DNA of 64,000 nucleotides from Capsulimonadaceae bacterium (GTDB lineage Bacteria > Armatimonadota > Armatimonadia > Armatimonadales > Capsulimonadaceae), in the NCBI GenBank assembly GCA_965215505.1, contig OZ244065.1, positions 1 to 64,000 of the forward strand, in the 5' to 3' direction. Within the stretch, counting starts at the first letter, position 1; the number at the start of each line of letters is the position of its first letter. This document shows, piece after piece, positions 47,160 to 56,540 of the stretch. Below the pieces are notes generated by a model, which did no database searches, was not told where the DNA came from, and saw only the letters and a program-made list of their open reading frames with translations. A program made the position numbers and the translations under genes.

Positions 47160-47435
47160 TCAATGCTGACCTTCTCGCCGGACGCCTAGGCGGGCCGACT
47201 CCGCTGCCGAGGCTTGGCCGTCTTGACCCGGCCAAATCTCCTCCATCCGGTCGCGGAGGGCGGCGCGGGCGGCCAAGAACTCGATGCCGGCCTCCATCCT
47301 CTCCTGCTGTGCGGCGGAGAGCCGTGCCTTTGCTTGCCGGTATCGCTCCTCCATCGAGGCGGGAGCCACCATGCCGGGAAGGTGATTCACCAAGAGCCGA
47401 GGCGTGACTTGCCGGCCGTGATCGTCTGCATACAT
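47160..47435 (-). CDS. small coiled-coil protein (paralog of 45811-46065)
   Basis: RYRQAKARLSAAQQERMEAGIEFLAARAALR; GAGGAG RBS. Confidence 0.6.
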   Translation of the reverse strand: MYADDHGRQVTPRLLVNHLPGMVAPASMEERYRQAKARLSAAQQERMEAGIEFLAARAALRDRMEEIWPGQDGQASAAESARLGVRREGQH

Positions 47436-47469
47436 GGCGTTGACTCCTCTCGAGTGTTTGACGTTGCCT

Positions 47470-49143
47470 CTAATGCACCGCGACGGGGGCGGTGCCGGGT
47501 TTCGGCTTCTTGAGCAGCAGCAGTGTCGGCACCATCGCGACACTGATGAGCATCAGGACGAGGAAGGTGTCGTTGAAACTCATGGCGAACACCTGCCGTG
47601 TCAGCGTCCCGTCAATGAGTCCTAGTGCCCCCGCCTGCGCCTGGGCCTGGCCGTACCCGTGGGCGAGCAAAGTCCCGGCCAGCCCCGACACCCGCTCGTT
47701 GTAGGCCGGGTTGGCCGGGGTCAGGTAGCCGACGAGGTTGGCGCGATTGATGTGCTGGTGATTCTCCAGAGTGGTCGCCAGGATGGCGATCCCCACCGAA
47801 CCGCCGAGCTGTCGCGCCAGGCCCAGCAGGCCCACCCCCTGGTTGACCTCGGCCGGCTTCAGGCTCCCGACCGCGAGGGAGTTGACGGGGATGAACAGGA
47901 ACCCGATTGAGGCGCCCCGGATGATGAGCGGCCAGAAGGTGTCGGGGTTCCCCGACTGCGAGTTTAGGTGCGCCAGGCCCCACATGCCGATCACCGACAG
48001 CACGATGCCGATGAAGGTCAGCAGGCGCGCGTCCGGGGACACCTTGGGGTTGTTGCTGATGACGCCGCAGAAGACGATGCTGATGGCCGTCGCCAGGCCG
48101 CCAGGCAGCAGCGAGACGCCGCTCTGCAAGGCCGAGAGGCCCTGCTGCTGCTGGGCCAGCAGCGGGTACAGGTAGTTGACGCCGTACATCCCGAAGCCTA
48201 CGGCGATGAACAGGACGATGCCCGCCGTCAGCGACGTGTTTTTCAACACGCGCAGGGCGATGACCGGGTGCGTGTTGCGGGGTGAGAGCTGCCAGGCGAT
48301 CAGCCCGAGCAGCGAGACGACCGAGAGGACCGACAGCCGTGTGATCGTGGCGCTGGCAAACCAGTCGTCCTGCTCGCCCTCTTCCAGCACATACTGGAGG
48401 CAGCCCAGGCCGGCCGCCAGCAGTCCGATCCCCGCCCAATCGGCCCGGAGACTTTTCTCCGCCGCCTGCGTGTCATGCAGGAGGAAGAAGACGATGCCGC
48501 CCGCGAGGATGCCGATGGGGACGTTGATGAAGAAACACCAGTTCCAGGTGAGGGCGTCGGTGATATATCCGCCTAGGGCGGGGCCGATGGTGGGGAAGAC
48601 GACCAGGCCCATCAGGAAGACCGGCTGGACGATGGCCTGCTCCTTGGGCGGGAAGACCTGGACCAGCGTCGCCTGCGCTGTGGAGATGAGTGCCGCGCCG
48701 CCCGCGCCTTGCAGGATGCGCCACACGACCAATTCCCCGAGGCTGTGGGAGGTTCCGCAGAAGAACGAGGCGACCGTGAACAGGATGATCGAGCCGGTCA
48801 AATAGTTCCGCCGTCCGAACAGCGAGTTCAGGAAAGCGGTCATCGGCAGGACGACGACGTTGGACAGGATGTAGCCCGTGGAAACCCAGGCGATCTCCTG
48901 CGTCGTCGTGCTGAGGTTGCCGGCCATCTGGGGCAGGGCGACATTGATGATGGTGGTGTCCAGCACCTCCATCGCCGCTGCCAGGATCAGGCCGACTAGG
49001 ATCAGCCACCGGTAGCGGGTGTTCGCCATGGCGGCCGCTTCCGCCGATGCGGCCGCCTCCGCCGATATTCTGGGCGGCTGGGCCGGCCCGTTCAACTCGC
49101 GTGGGGTGCTGCGGGAACGCCCGCGTGCCGTTGATGTCGCCAT
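47470..49143 (-). CDS. DHA2 family efflux MFS transporter (EmrB-like)
   Basis: MEVLDTTIINVAL, RILQGAGG, WCFFINVPIG and LARQLGGS motifs. Confidence 0.93.
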   Translation of the reverse strand: MATSTARGRSRSTPRELNGPAQPPRISAEAAASAEAAAMANTRYRWLILVGLILAAAMEVLDTTIINVALPQMAGNLSTTTQEIAWVSTGYILSNVVVLPMTAFLNSLFGRRNYLTGSIILFTVASFFCGTSHSLGELVVWRILQGAGGAALISTAQATLVQVFPPKEQAIVQPVFLMGLVVFPTIGPALGGYITDALTWNWCFFINVPIGILAGGIVFFLLHDTQAAEKSLRADWAGIGLLAAGLGCLQYVLEEGEQDDWFASATITRLSVLSVVSLLGLIAWQLSPRNTHPVIALRVLKNTSLTAGIVLFIAVGFGMYGVNYLYPLLAQQQQGLSALQSGVSLLPGGLATAISIVFCGVISNNPKVSPDARLLTFIGIVLSVIGMWGLAHLNSQSGNPDTFWPLIIRGASIGFLFIPVNSLAVGSLKPAEVNQGVGLLGLARQLGGSVGIAILATTLENHQHINRANLVGYLTPANPAYNERVSGLAGTLLAHGYGQAQAQAGALGLIDGTLTRQVFAMSFNDTFLVLMLISVAMVPTLLLLKKPKPGTAPVAVH

Positions 49144-49277
49144 CGTGATCCTCCCATCCGTCTCTGTTTGGTGCTATATGATATATCGCAATATAATATG
49201 CCGGCTAACTATTGCGGTTGAAAAAAGACCGGCCTAAGCCGGCACGTCGTCCCGAAACTTACCCCGCAGTCAGCCGA

Positions 49278-49808
49278 TCATGTGTTAGGAGTCCGCTCCC
49301 GCATGGCGTTCTCGATCCGCGACAGCCACCCACTCAGTGTGCATTTCTCCGCCTCATCGAGAGGCATGGATTGGGAGAGGGACAGCACATTCGTGTGCAG
49401 GAAGCCATCCAAAAATTGCCGCGTCTTGTCCGTCATCTGGATCGTCAGCGCCCGGCGGTCACGGCTGTCGTGGCGGCGCTCGACATAGCCTTCGCGTTCC
49501 AGCCCATCGAGCAGCCCCGTGATGGTCCCGCGGGTGACGCCCAGGTTCTCCGCGATGTCCGAAGGGCTGGGGTCCTCCTGTCCCGTGAGTTCTTCGGAGA
49601 ACAGGTAAACCAGCACATAGAACTTCCCCTCGGTCAGCCCGTGATGAGCCAGGTCGTTGTTGAGGCCCGCGCTCAATGTCCGGGCAAGGGACTGGACCTG
49701 TGAGATCACCCCGATCGTGGCGATGTCTATCATCGGGTAGCGCCGCGACATCGCCTGGAAGAACTCGCTCCGAAGCGGCGGTTTGCAGTATACTGTCTCT
49801 TTCTTCAT
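49278..49808 (-). CDS. MarR family transcriptional regulator
   Basis: PSDIAENLGVTRGTITGLLDGLE...DRR motif. Confidence 0.92.
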   Translation of the reverse strand: MKKETVYCKPPLRSEFFQAMSRRYPMIDIATIGVISQVQSLARTLSAGLNNDLAHHGLTEGKFYVLVYLFSEELTGQEDPSPSDIAENLGVTRGTITGLLDGLEREGYVERRHDSRDRRALTIQMTDKTRQFLDGFLHTNVLSLSQSMPLDEAEKCTLSGWLSRIENAMRERTPNT

Positions 49809-49817
49809 TGTCACCAT

Positions 49818-49846
49818 ATTATATACCACCAAACTATAATTGTCAA
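49818..49846 (-). promoter_or_regulatory. sigma70 promoter of marR
   Basis: Perfect TTGACA-N17-TATAAT on the minus strand. Confidence 0.8.
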
Positions 49847-50580
49847 CCTTCCGAGGAAACTAGTTCCGGCGTCACTGCGAAAACCTCGGCGAACGCGCCG
49901 ATGGTGACGGCTTCTACTTCGGTCCGTATGGGGCACCGGCCGCCGAGAAGCTCGGCCAGTGAGGTGACATCGCGGTCGCGGATGCCGCACGGGACGAAGT
50001 CCCGGCGGAACGGCGTCAGGTCGGTCGTGACGTTCAAGGCCCAGCCGTGCATCGAGACCCAGCGCGAGACTTTGATTCCGATGGCCGCGATCTTGCGGTC
50101 GCCGACCCACACTCCGGTCCGGCCTGCCACACGCCCCCCGGTCAGACCATAAGAGGCGAGGGTGCGGATGATGACCTCCTCCAGGTCGCGCAGATATCGG
50201 TGCAGGTCCTGCCCGTGCTGCCGCAGGTCCAAGACGGGGTAGCCGACGAGCTGGCCGGGCGCGTGGTAGCTCACCTCGCCGCCTCGGTCCACGCGCTCCA
50301 CGGCGATGCCCCGCGCGCGCAGGGCGTCTTCGTCCGTCAGCAGGTCCGCCTCGTGGCTGCCCCGGCCGAGCGTGATGACGGGCAGGTGTTCCAGCAGCAG
50401 CAGCGTGTCCGGGATCTCGCCCCGCTGCCGCCGTTCGGCCAATACATACTGCTGTGCGAGGGCGGCCGGGTAGGGGACCGGGGCGGCGTGCGAGATGACG
50501 CGGCAGACCGGCCTTCCGGGTGCATCAGCACCGGGCGGCTCAACATTGGGAACGGTCGGTTCGGGTATAATCGGTGTCAT
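49843..50580 (-). CDS. lipB: lipoyl(octanoyl) transferase (start uncertain)
   Basis: LLLLEH..VITLG, DRGGEVSYH.PGQLVGY, KIAAIG, HGWALN and VPCGI motifs. Confidence 0.9.
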   Translation of the reverse strand: MTPIIPEPTVPNVEPPGADAPGRPVCRVISHAAPVPYPAALAQQYVLAERRQRGEIPDTLLLLEHLPVITLGRGSHEADLLTDEDALRARGIAVERVDRGGEVSYHAPGQLVGYPVLDLRQHGQDLHRYLRDLEEVIIRTLASYGLTGGRVAGRTGVWVGDRKIAAIGIKVSRWVSMHGWALNVTTDLTPFRRDFVPCGIRDRDVTSLAELLGGRCPIRTEVEAVTIGAFAEVFAVTPELVSSEG

Positions 50581-51400
50581 GGCGCGTCCCAACCTATCGT
50601 ACCTCAAAAACGTGATCTTGTTCCTGTTCGGCCTGCCGCTGGGGGCCTTGACCGGGCTGACCGCCATCGCCGGCAGCGTATTCGGCGTCCCCGCCGTCCG
50701 GTCGCTGCTGGGCCTGCGCCCCGCGCGGGCCGTCGGGGTGGGCCTGGCGGTGACGTTCTTCGCCGCCCTCGCCTCCATCCTCTCCTACGCGCAGCACGGG
50801 TACGTCTTCGCCGGGCTGGCCCTGCTGCTGGCCGTCTGCCAGATCGTGGGGGCGGCCTCGGGCGAGCGCCTGGCCGCGCGGCTGCCGGTCCTGGACCGCC
50901 TGCCGTGGCTCTGGGGGACGGTCGTGGTCCTGGGCGGCGTGGGGATGCTGGCGCAAGGGGCGGGGCTGGTAGGGCCGCACGCCCCGTGGGGCGCGGGCTT
51001 CGCCCACCATGCCTGGTTTTACCCCGCCGCCGCCCTACTCGCCGCCGCCGTGGGCCTGGTCAGCCGGGTTCTGGGCCTCGGCGGAGTCCTGATGGTCCCG
51101 GCGGCCATTTATGCTCTGGGGATGCCGCCGCACGCCGCACAGGGGACGGCCCTGGTCGTCCTCGCCCTGGCGTCCCTGCCGGGGATGCTCATCCACGCCC
51201 GGCGCGGCGACGTGGAGCCTCAGTCGGCCACCTGGCTCTCGGTGGGGGCGGTCTTCGGCGGCTTGGCCGGGGCACTCTGGGCGGTGACGGCGCTCGACGA
51301 GCGGGGGGCGGTCACTCTGTTCGGCCTGGTGCTGCTGGTCTCCGGCCTGATGCTGCTGATCTCCGGCCTGATGGCCTCGCGGCGCGGTGCCCCCGTCTAG
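50579..51400 (+). CDS. TauE/SafE (sulfite exporter) family membrane protein
   Basis: Two-repeat 8-TM pattern; GLGGVLMVPA...A.GT.L motif; TATAAT 7 nt before ATG 50579. Confidence 0.8.
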   Translation: MARPNLSYLKNVILFLFGLPLGALTGLTAIAGSVFGVPAVRSLLGLRPARAVGVGLAVTFFAALASILSYAQHGYVFAGLALLLAVCQIVGAASGERLAARLPVLDRLPWLWGTVVVLGGVGMLAQGAGLVGPHAPWGAGFAHHAWFYPAAALLAAAVGLVSRVLGLGGVLMVPAAIYALGMPPHAAQGTALVVLALASLPGMLIHARRGDVEPQSATWLSVGAVFGGLAGALWAVTALDERGAVTLFGLVLLVSGLMLLISGLMASRRGAPV

Positions 51401-52125
51401 CCTGGAGGCCGCACGGCCCGCGCCAGCCACCACTGGTCCACCCTCTCGAAGGCTGCGGACAGAGGCGGCTCGCCGGTCATCTCGATGACGGCACGGCTCT
51501 CCCCGGTGAGCCGCGCCTCGATCTCACGCAGGGGGTGGCCCCACGGCGCGCGCCGCGCCTTGATCGCCGCCTCCTTCAAGGCCCAGAACAGCAGCATCCC
51601 CGCCGGGTCGTCCTCCGCCCCGAAGCGGGCCGCGATCTGGCCGCGCTCGCCCTCCGTGAAGACGCGCCCCCCCAGCCCGTGATGCACGGATCGGATGTGC
51701 TGGGCGTCTATCCCCACGCCGCCCTCCTGCCGGGTGTCCGAGAGCGTGGCCGCGCCAAGCCCGTGGCTGTGCGAGAGGGAGAGCGTCACGGGCGGGATTT
51801 CGGGACCGAGGACGCAGGGGGCAACGCCCTCCCGGCCGATGGCGAACGACAAAGGCCCCAGCCCGAACATCTCCCCGATGAGGCGCTTCGCAGCCAGTCG
51901 GCCCGCGAGCCATTCCGCCCGGCGTTTGGGCGACGGCGGGGCATGGTAGAGGGCCATTTCGGGAGCCGTCAGCCAGTGCGCGGGGTCCTGTGCGGCGGCC
52001 CACTCGGGCCGGGCGATGATGGTCTTCGGGAGGGTTGCCTGTTGTGACACCGGGAGAGTATACCGTTTGAACCAAAAAAAGGCCCCCGCCTTCCGGCGGG
52101 GGCTGAGTTGTGACAGAGAAAACAA
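51397..52125 (-). CDS. 4'-phosphopantetheinyl transferase superfamily protein (true start probably downstream)
   Basis: EWLAGRLAAK, SLSHS, VGIDAQ and WALKEA motifs. Confidence 0.85.
   Translation of the reverse strand: MFSLSQLSPRRKAGAFFWFKRYTLPVSQQATLPKTIIARPEWAAAQDPAHWLTAPEMALYHAPPSPKRRAEWLAGRLAAKRLIGEMFGLGPLSFAIGREGVAPCVLGPEIPPVTLSLSHSHGLGAATLSDTRQEGGVGIDAQHIRSVHHGLGGRVFTEGERGQIAARFGAEDDPAGMLLFWALKEAAIKARRAPWGHPLREIEARLTGESRAVIEMTGEPPLSAAFERVDQWWLARAVRPPG
52074..52104 (-). terminator. intrinsic terminator after the pilin gene
   Basis: GGCCCCCGCC-TTCC-GGCGGGGGCT stem with a T7 tract on the minus strand. Confidence 0.75.
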
Positions 52126-52168
52126 GCAACGCCACAGAGAAAACAGCGCGAAAAAGACAAAAGAAGCG

Positions 52169-52609
52169 TTAGAGCGTGTGGACCGCCAGCGGGTTGTTGG
52201 CGGACTGATAGTAGGGGCAGTTCGGCACCGTGCTGATCGGGTTAAAGCTGTAGTAGGTCGTGCTGCTCGATGGACAGGTGGGGCCTTTCACCGGGTCCGT
52301 CAGGGGTGACGATCTTACATACGGGGTAAGGTTGCTCCATGTTACCGCCGTGGCGGAGTTGGCCGGGACCTTGTTGTCCATGGCGTACTGCTCCTTGGCG
52401 ACCAGGAAGTCGTTCAGGTTCTTGACGCAGGATCTCGCCTGCGACTTGTCGCGAACGCCGACGAACGACGGCAAGGCGATGTTGAGCAGGACTCCGATGA
52501 TCAGTACCACGATCATCAGCTCGACCAGGGTGAACCCAGCCTGGCGGCGCGGGCGGCGCGACTTGAGGCTAGGTGCCGTGGGGGAAGGTGTAGGAGTGCG
52601 GTGTTGCAT
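52169..52609 (-). CDS. type IV pilin-like protein
   Basis: G|FTLVELMIVVLIIGVL prepilin methylation motif; C-terminal CP..CP..H. Confidence 0.9.
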   Translation of the reverse strand: MQHRTPTPSPTAPSLKSRRPRRQAGFTLVELMIVVLIIGVLLNIALPSFVGVRDKSQARSCVKNLNDFLVAKEQYAMDNKVPANSATAVTWSNLTPYVRSSPLTDPVKGPTCPSSSTTYYSFNPISTVPNCPYYQSANNPLAVHTL

Positions 52610-52629
52610 TTCGGTTCGGCCTCGTTTCT

Positions 52630-52661
52630 CAGGACTCAGCGGTTGCAGGACTCAGCGGTTG
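52630..52661. repeat. perfect 16-bp tandem repeat upstream of the pilin gene
   Basis: CAGGACTCAGCGGTTG occurs twice in tandem. Confidence 0.85.
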
Positions 52662-52803
52662 ATCGTGCCGTAGCGGCGGCCTCTATGCCCCAATCATCGG
52701 AAGGATCTCGCCCGTTCATTAGGCCGACTTCAGGTGGATTTTGCCGGCAGGGCCTGGCGATGTGTCTCGAAGGGAACGGCGTGTGCTACAATAGGCCAAA
52801 CGG

Positions 52804-53685
52804 ATGAAGTCCCTTCTGATTGTCAACCCGGCGGCGGGACAAGGACGGCCGCAGGAGGCGTTGGAGGCGCTGCAAGCCTCCCTCGCCCCCGTCCTCGGCG
52901 GGGTGGTGGTGACGCAGGGGCGCGGGGACGCGGAGCGCGCGGCGCGGACGGCGGCTTCGGACGGCTACCATGCGGTGCTTGCGGCCGGGGGCGACGGCAC
53001 GGTGAACGAGGTCGTCAACGGGCTGCTTGCCGCCGGGGGGGCGCTGCCGCTCGGCCTGGTGCCGCTTGGGACGCAGAACGTCCTCGCGTCCGAGCTGGGC
53101 CTGCCCGCCGACCCGGACGCCACCCTGGCCCTGCTGAGGAATGGGCGCACGCGGCGCATTGACGTCGGCTTGGCCGGGGGACGCCACTTCGTCCTCATGG
53201 CCGGCTTCGGGTTCGACGCCCAGGTGGTCGGCGAGGTCCTGCACCCGGTGAAGGCGCTGCTCGGCCCCGCCGCCTACGCCTTCGCGGCGGCGGGGACGCT
53301 TGCGAAGTACCGCAGCACGCACATCCGCCTGCGGCTTGACGGCGAGGAAGTCCGCTCCGAGGCGTTCCTGGTCGTGGTCGCCAATGCCGCCTCGTATGCT
53401 TATCGGCAGATCAAGCTGGCCCCGTTCGCCGCCCTGGACGATGGCTGGCTGGACGTCTGCGTGTTCGAGCGGGCGCGCGGGGACCGGGTCGGCTTCGCCT
53501 CGCAGATGATGGCGGTCCTCGCCCGGCGGCATCTGCGCGATCCGCGCGTCCGTTACTACCGGGGGAAGCACCTCGTCCTCGACTCCGAGCCGCCGATCCA
53601 GGGGCAGCTCGACGGCGACACGTTCGGCGGGACGCCCATCGAGATCTCCCTGCTCCCGAGCGCCCTGCCCGTGTTCGTGCCCTAA
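52804..53685 (+). CDS. diacylglycerol kinase family lipid kinase (YegS/DAGK)
   Basis: NPAAG, GGDGTVNEV, PLGTQN, GFDA and QLDGD motifs. Confidence 0.92.
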   Translation: MKSLLIVNPAAGQGRPQEALEALQASLAPVLGGVVVTQGRGDAERAARTAASDGYHAVLAAGGDGTVNEVVNGLLAAGGALPLGLVPLGTQNVLASELGLPADPDATLALLRNGRTRRIDVGLAGGRHFVLMAGFGFDAQVVGEVLHPVKALLGPAAYAFAAAGTLAKYRSTHIRLRLDGEEVRSEAFLVVVANAASYAYRQIKLAPFAALDDGWLDVCVFERARGDRVGFASQMMAVLARRHLRDPRVRYYRGKHLVLDSEPPIQGQLDGDTFGGTPIEISLLPSALPVFVP

Positions 53686-53706
53686 CGCTTCTCTCTTCCT
53701 AACACT

Positions 53707-54456
53707 ATGTGGAACTCATTCGCCCTCGCGGTCCAGGCCTTGACGCGGCTGCCGGTCCTGCCGGACCTTTCGGCGACCCGCGCCCAGGCGCGTCGCTCCG
53801 TGTTCCTGTTCCCCCTCGTCGGCGCGCTCCTCGGCGCATTGCTGGCTGCCGTCTGGCTGGGGGGCAGCCGCCTGTGGGGCGGGCAGCCGCTCGTGGCCGC
53901 CGCGCTGACCCTGGCCGCCGGACTGCTCCTCACCGGCGGGCGCGGCCTGGGCGGCGTCGCCCGTGCCGCCGACGGGCTGGCCGGGCGCGGCGGGGGCGGG
54001 GACCGGGCGCGGGCCTTCGCCGTCATGCGCGACCCGCACCGGGGGACGGCGGGCGTGGTCGCGGCCGGCGCGGCCCTCGCCCTGCGCCTGGCGTTCCTTG
54101 CGGCCCTGCCTCCCTCCATCGCCCTGCCCGCCCTCGTGCTGGCCGGCGCGGCGGGCGGGTGGGCGGTGGCCTTCTCCCACAGCGCCTTCCCCGTGGCGGG
54201 GGGCGGGGAGGGCGAGACGGCCCCCGCCGAGGCCGGCCCGACCGAGTTCCTGGGTGCCACCGCCGTCGCCATCGTCTGCGGGGCCGTGCTGCCCACGCGC
54301 GGTCTGCTGACCCTGTTCGCCGTCGTCCTCGTCGCCGCGCCGGCCGCGGCGGGCGTCAACAGGCTGCTCGGCGGCCTGAACCCGCCCCTGTGTGCCGCCC
54401 TGGGCGAGATCGCCGAGATCGCCGCTTTGGCCTGCCTGTCTTTGTCCGTTCGCTAG
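53707..54456 (+). CDS. CobS-like (cobalamin synthase family) membrane protein, divergent
   Basis: LTRLPV, FPLVG, ADGL and VMRD..G..G motifs. Confidence 0.75.
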   Translation: MWNSFALAVQALTRLPVLPDLSATRAQARRSVFLFPLVGALLGALLAAVWLGGSRLWGGQPLVAAALTLAAGLLLTGGRGLGGVARAADGLAGRGGGGDRARAFAVMRDPHRGTAGVVAAGAALALRLAFLAALPPSIALPALVLAGAAGGWAVAFSHSAFPVAGGGEGETAPAEAGPTEFLGATAVAIVCGAVLPTRGLLTLFAVVLVAAPAAAGVNRLLGGLNPPLCAALGEIAEIAALACLSLSVR

Positions 54457-54479
54457 GGAAAACTTTTTAGGAGAGATTC

Positions 54480-56042
54480 ATGTTCGTTCCCAAACTCAAC
54501 ACCCGTCAGCAGTATCAGATCTACGTCAATGGCGAGTGGCGCGACTCGTCCTCGGGGACGTTCCTGCCCAACCTCAATCCCGCGCACAAGTCGCAGGTGC
54601 TGGGCCACGTCGCCGAGACGACAGACGCCGAGGTGGACGAGGCCATGAACGCCGCCGAGGCCGCGTTCCCCGCCTGGCGCGCGGTCAGCGGCAACATGAA
54701 GACAAAGATCTTCCTGCACCTGGCCCAGATCCTCTACGCCCGCTTCGGCGACTTCCAGCAGACCATGAGCCGGGAGATGGGTAAGACGCTGTTCGACTGC
54801 AAGCTGGACCTGGATGAAGCCATCGGCGTCGTCGAGTGCGTCGCCCCGCAGGGATTGTCGCTGAAGGGCGAAACCTATCAGAAGAACATTGATGGCGTGG
54901 TCATGGAGAGCCGCCTGGAGCCGCGCGGGGTGGCCGCCATCATCACGCCGTTCAACTTCCCCGTCGCCATCCCCGTCGCCCAGGTCGTCGCCGCGCTCGT
55001 GACCGGAAACACGGTCGTCTGGAAGCCCTCCCACCTCATCCCCGAGTCGTCCCAGGCCATCGCCGCCGCGCTCGACGAGGCGTTCGCGTGGGCCAAAGAG
55101 ACTCTGGGCGTCACGGTCCCGCCCGGCACCTTCAGCATGGTCAGCGGGGACGTCGGGCCGGGGCAGGCGGTCGCGACGCACCCGGTCGTCAAGTGCCTCT
55201 CCTTCACCGGCTCCAAGCCCGTCGGCGACGCGGTGGACGCGACGGCGAGCGGCCTGGGCAAGCGCGTGATGAAGGAAGTGGGCGGCATCAACGTCTTCTA
55301 CGTCCACCGGGAGGCCGACATCGCCCGCGCCGCCAAGAACTTCGTCTACGGCAAGACCATCACCGGCGGCCAGCGCTGCACCTCCATCCAGGAGGTCCTG
55401 TGCGACGGGCAGGTCTATGACGCCTTCCTCGCCGCTGTCCTGGAGGAAACAAAAGGCATCGTCACCGGCGACGGCTGCTCCGAGGAACTGGCCGAGGCAG
55501 ACAAGACGCCGGGCCTCTATTCGCTCCCGCCGCTGGTGTCTGAAGAGCAGCAGGCCCGTGTCCTGGGCCTGATCGAGCAGTCGGTCGGACAGGGCGCTCA
55601 GATCGGCCACCAGGTCGCCGTGCCCGAGGCATTGGCGGCCGAGGGCTACTACGTCCCCTTCACGATCATCGAGGACGTCGGCCCCGAAAACGTCCTGTAC
55701 ACGACCGAGATCTTCGGCCCGGTCGGCGTGCTGACGCGCGTGAAGAACATCACGGAGGCGATCAGCATCATCAACGCCAAGATCGGCATCGTCGCCTGCA
55801 TCGACAGCCGGAACAAGGACGCCTCCGAACACTTCATTCAGAGCGTCCTGCGGACGCGCGTTGATGACGGCCGCCACGGCACGGGTGCCTTCTGGGCCAC
55901 CCGCTTCGGCGGCGACCGGGGTGCCGGCTCGGGCAACCCGGCCTTGGACGAGAACATGGTGATGGGTTACGTTCTGTGGAAGACCATCTACCGCGCCTAC
56001 AAGCCCTTCGCCGAGCCGGAGGACGACGACGCGGGCATTTGA
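54480..56042 (+). CDS. aldehyde dehydrogenase family protein
   Basis: ITPFNFP, WKPS, SFTGS, EVGG, GQRCTS and EIFGP motifs. Confidence 0.92.
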   Translation: MFVPKLNTRQQYQIYVNGEWRDSSSGTFLPNLNPAHKSQVLGHVAETTDAEVDEAMNAAEAAFPAWRAVSGNMKTKIFLHLAQILYARFGDFQQTMSREMGKTLFDCKLDLDEAIGVVECVAPQGLSLKGETYQKNIDGVVMESRLEPRGVAAIITPFNFPVAIPVAQVVAALVTGNTVVWKPSHLIPESSQAIAAALDEAFAWAKETLGVTVPPGTFSMVSGDVGPGQAVATHPVVKCLSFTGSKPVGDAVDATASGLGKRVMKEVGGINVFYVHREADIARAAKNFVYGKTITGGQRCTSIQEVLCDGQVYDAFLAAVLEETKGIVTGDGCSEELAEADKTPGLYSLPPLVSEEQQARVLGLIEQSVGQGAQIGHQVAVPEALAAEGYYVPFTIIEDVGPENVLYTTEIFGPVGVLTRVKNITEAISIINAKIGIVACIDSRNKDASEHFIQSVLRTRVDDGRHGTGAFWATRFGGDRGAGSGNPALDENMVMGYVLWKTIYRAYKPFAEPEDDDAGI

Positions 56043-56070
56043 CCGCCTCCGTCCGCTTCTCCGGGAGCAT

Positions 56071-56508
56071 TCACCGAGTCGGGAATAAGTAGATGCGCGG
56101 GAGGGTGACCCGCATCGTCTCTTCCACGAAGCCGACCCAGAGGAAGAACAGGGGCACGAACAGGGCGATCGCCAGGCGTATTGCCAGGGGCAGCACCGAG
56201 GGGGCGTGGGGACCCGCCCCGCGCCGGGCGACTCGGTCCAGGGCGAGCGGCACCGCAGAGAGGGCGGCGGCGGCGGCGAGGCTCCAGGCAAGTGCGGCCA
56301 GGGATTGTCTGAGGGCGAGCAGGACCAGCAGGCAGAGGGTCAGGCCCGCCGCGAGGGCGCTCACGAGTGGGGCGTGGCGCGCGCCGGACGCGGCCTGCCT
56401 CACGGCCAGCGCACACACGCCGAGGAATCCCGCCGGCAGCAGGAGGATCAGCAGGAAGGCGGCCACGAGGCGCACCGGCCCCGGCAGTGTGATGACCCAA
56501 GCCGTCAT
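56071..56508 (-). CDS. small membrane protein, about 4 TM segments
   Basis: Hydrophobic ORF starting MTAWVITL after GAGGGG. Confidence 0.55.
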   Translation of the reverse strand: MTAWVITLPGPVRLVAAFLLILLLPAGFLGVCALAVRQAASGARHAPLVSALAAGLTLCLLVLLALRQSLAALAWSLAAAAALSAVPLALDRVARRGAGPHAPSVLPLAIRLAIALFVPLFFLWVGFVEETMRVTLPRIYLFPTR

Positions 56509-56540
56509 GTTCGTCCCCTCGATTTCGCAGAACGGCCCGT

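Noticed and set aside
52670-52750. c-di-GMP-I riboswitch upstream of the pilin
   Set aside because: Only GGCAAA and CCTAA fragments are present; I could not build the GAAA tetraloop/receptor architecture.
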